Source: Felis catus (taxonomy: Eukaryota). Taken from it: a DNA stretch of 64,000 bases. The position numbers were made by a program, and so were the translations under genes. Location of the stretch: NCBI RefSeq assembly GCF_018350175.1, contig NC_058368.1, positions 101,744,001 to 101,808,000 of the forward strand, written 5' to 3'. Positions 61,250-64,000 of the stretch are shown piece by piece (within the stretch, counting starts at the first letter, position 1; each line of letters begins with the position of its first letter). The notes under the pieces were generated by a model. The model was given only the letters and a program-made list of their open reading frames with translations. It did not search any database and was not told the origin of the DNA.

Positions 61250-64000
61250 AGTTCCAGGCGGTAAGATGGGAAGATCCTGAACTTACCTTCCCCCATGGGA
61301 AACTGGGGGGATAACTCCCTGCCAAAGTAGCCGGCCAACAATGGGTGAATACAATGGGTGAATGCGAAAACCCACACTGAGGCAGGTAGGAGACACTAAC
61401 ATAATCGTATCATAAACCCTACCCGTGGCCTGCAATCCACAGTTGGGAGGGAGGTCAAAACCCCGAGCTTCTACTTGAGGAGCAAAGGGGGTGAATCCTA
61501 CATTGGGCGCCATAACTTTTAAGACTTGCATCCGAGAAGTGATCCCCTGAAACAAACACTGAACCTTGATTGTTAGAGGGCTTTTGTCTTGGAGACCCAT
61601 GAGAGTGCAGCAAACTGAGAAGCAACTCTTCTTTTTTTTTTAATTTTTTTTTCTAATATTTACCTATTTTTGACAGAGAGAGAGAGCATGAGCAGGGGAG
61701 GGGCAGAGACAGAGGGAGACACAGAATCCGAAGCAGGCTCCAGGCTCGGAGCTGTTAGCACAGAGCCCGACGTGGGGCTCGAACTCGTCAACTACAAGGC
61801 ATGACCTGAGCCGAAGTCAGACACTCAACCGACTGAGCCACTCAGGTGCCCTGAGAAGCAGTTCTTAAAGGACTCATGCAGGGACTCACTGGCCTGAGAG
61901 CACAGCACAGAGGTAGCAGACCAAAAAATGCCCACTTTTTGCGACAGAGGCTTATTTGCTTATCTTACAGCATTCACCTAAGGGGCAGGCATCTGCTTAC
62001 CACCTATCTAGAGGCCTCCAGAAATAGGCTCTGGGGATAGAGGCCAGTGGCCACCCTATTTACACTGTCCCTCTGCCTCACTCTGGGTCACCAGTATTTC
62101 CCTGAAAGGTGCTTCCTTGTCGGGCACCCTGAATTTTGCAGCTCCAGCCCAGGGAACACTGACAGGTGTCCCCTGCACAGCTGGCCAATGGGTCTGATGC
62201 TCAAGAGCCCGCCAGGATGGTAACAAATGGAGAAAGAGTTAAGTGGCTACCATTCCCATCACACAGCAAGAGGCAGCAAACTGAAATGCTGTCTTTCCTT
62301 GAAAGAGATCTTATTTGCTGTGGCCAGCAAGGCTGGCTTCTAAATAAACCCACATCTGAAGGCATACTATACTCCTCTTCAGTGACCCTAGAGGGTAGGC
62401 ATCATCTTCCTGTCCTTTGTCCACCGTGCTCCAGAGTTCCAGTGTCTCCCAATGGTGGGGGGGGGGGTCACCCAGGCCTGATAGCCTGGCTTTTATGTCT
62501 GGTGCTCCAGTTGTTGTGACTGCTGCCCAGGGAAATGGCCCCTAGTCAGCTGGCTCTAGAGCTCAGCAGGGCTTACAGTCACGGGTCTCCTGGGAACATA
62601 ACAAACAAAGTTCAGGGTTGGCCACCGCCTCCAGGGCAGGGCACCAATAACAGATTAAAACACACTCCCAGTCTTTCTGTGGAAGAGGCCTAACTGCTTC
62701 TTCTGGAGCTTTGGCCTAAGGAGCAGGACTCTGGTTTGGAACTTATCCAGGAGCCTACTGAGATGCTCTCTGGGGATGGAGGCCAGTGAACGCCATCTTG
62801 ATGTCACCGTCTGTTTTGCTTTAGGTCCCTAGCTAGAGACATATTGGCACCCCAATATGTGCACCTGCCATTTGGGGATACTTTTAGATTGCCAGATTCT
62901 AATGGCCAGTGGGGGTTACGCCTGCAGTTCCACAAGACTATATATATTTAAATTCTTTAAAAGCTGCTGTTGAGGGTGTAGTTTTCAATCAGGTGTTAAC
63001 TGAGATCCTCCCCTTTGGGACACTGATAAGTTGTGGCACACCTTCAACTACTGAGGGCCATGAAAAATAAAATTGGCTCCTTGGACAATCCCAAAGGTTT
63101 GAGAGACAACCAAGAGCTAGGGCAGGGTTGAACAATGAGGTTCATTTCCTACATGAGGCCACTATCTCAAGACTATGAGTAGTGGCTCTTTTCTAGTACA
63201 TCAAAACAACGAACGTCGAACCCAATGAAGTCACGGGACTATGTTTCAAATGAAAGAACAAAGTAAAACCTCAGAAAAAAATCTTAAGGAAATAAAGACA
63301 AGCCATTTACCTGATGAAGAGTTCAAAATATTGTTCCTTAAAATAACGTTCCTAGAGTAGCTTGCTGAACTTGGGTTAAGGGTAGATAATTGAAAACCGA
63401 GAATTTCAAACATGAAACAGAAAATATAAGAAACCACCAGAGACAAGTCAATGAGCTGAAGAATAAAATAACTGAACTGAAAAATACACCAGCGGGCTTT
63501 AACAGTAGACTAGATGAAGCAGAACAGATCAGTGAACTCAAAGAAAGGGCAGTCGAAGTCACCCAATTAGGGCAGCAGAAAGAAAACAAAACAAAAAAGA
63601 TGAAGACAGCGTAAGCATCAGCAGTCACATAATAAAGGTCACAGATGGAGAAGAGAAAGAGAAAGGAGCAGGAAACTTATTTGAAGAAATAATGGCTGAC
63701 AACTTCCTTAACCTCGAGAAGGAAAAGACATCCAGATCCAAGAAGTCCAGAGAGTTTCAAATAACATGGACACTTAGAGACCCACATCAAGACACAAGAT
63801 AAATAAAGTCTACAAAAGTAAAGACAAGGAGAGACTCTTAAAAGCAGCAAGGGAAAATTTACTTGTAATGTGTAGGGGAACCCCCAGAAAACTACTAGCA
63901 GACTTTTGGCAGAAACTTTGCAGGAGAGGAGGGAATGTGGTATATTCAAAGTGCTAAAAGAAAAGAAATTTTCACCAAGAATATTCTACCTGGCAAATCT
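61250..64000 (+). mobile_element. LINE-1 5'UTR plus ORF1, continuing past the window end
   Basis: 5' AAGATGGGAAGATCCTGAACTTACCTTCCCC (homologous to ~48310); ORF1 coiled-coil remnant ELKNKITELKNTPAGFNSRLDEAEQISELKE (63390-63614). Confidence 0.92.
61631..61850 (-). mobile_element. Feline CAN-SINE nested in L1 5'UTR
   Basis: Full body; 16-bp TSD CTGAGAAGCA(AC/GT)TCTT at 61615-61630 and 61851-61866. Confidence 0.96.

Overview
This is mammalian genomic DNA, almost certainly felid: it has 12 tRNA-derived CAN-SINEs of feline type and carnivore LINE-1s. I recognise no host protein-coding gene, RNA gene or CRISPR array. The long ORFs are decayed L1 ORF1/ORF2 fragments, SINE or microsatellite read-through, or chance ORFs. 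Positions 1 to ~9 kb are almost repeat-free, retain CpGs and are dense in TAAT and TGACAG motifs, resembling a developmental enhancer/CNE cluster (inference). Positions ~9-64 kb are dominated by repeats: near-full-length L1s at ~20.6-27.0 kb (-) and ~48.3-56.4 kb (+), a third L1 running off the right edge, further L1 fragments, MaLR/ERVL solo LTRs, DNA-transposon fossils, MIR/L2 and microsatellites. The best leads are the motif-dense left domain, a well-formed 88-nt candidate exon at 42979-43066 with nearby AG/GT sites, a MIR-bearing insert inside a younger L1, a young L1 nested in the homologous part of an old L1, and fold-back templated-insertion scars. I cannot support a claim of a genuinely new biological system. 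Repeat subfamily names come from my recollection of consensus sequences, boundaries of old repeats are approximate, and all need RepeatMasker/Dfam confirmation.
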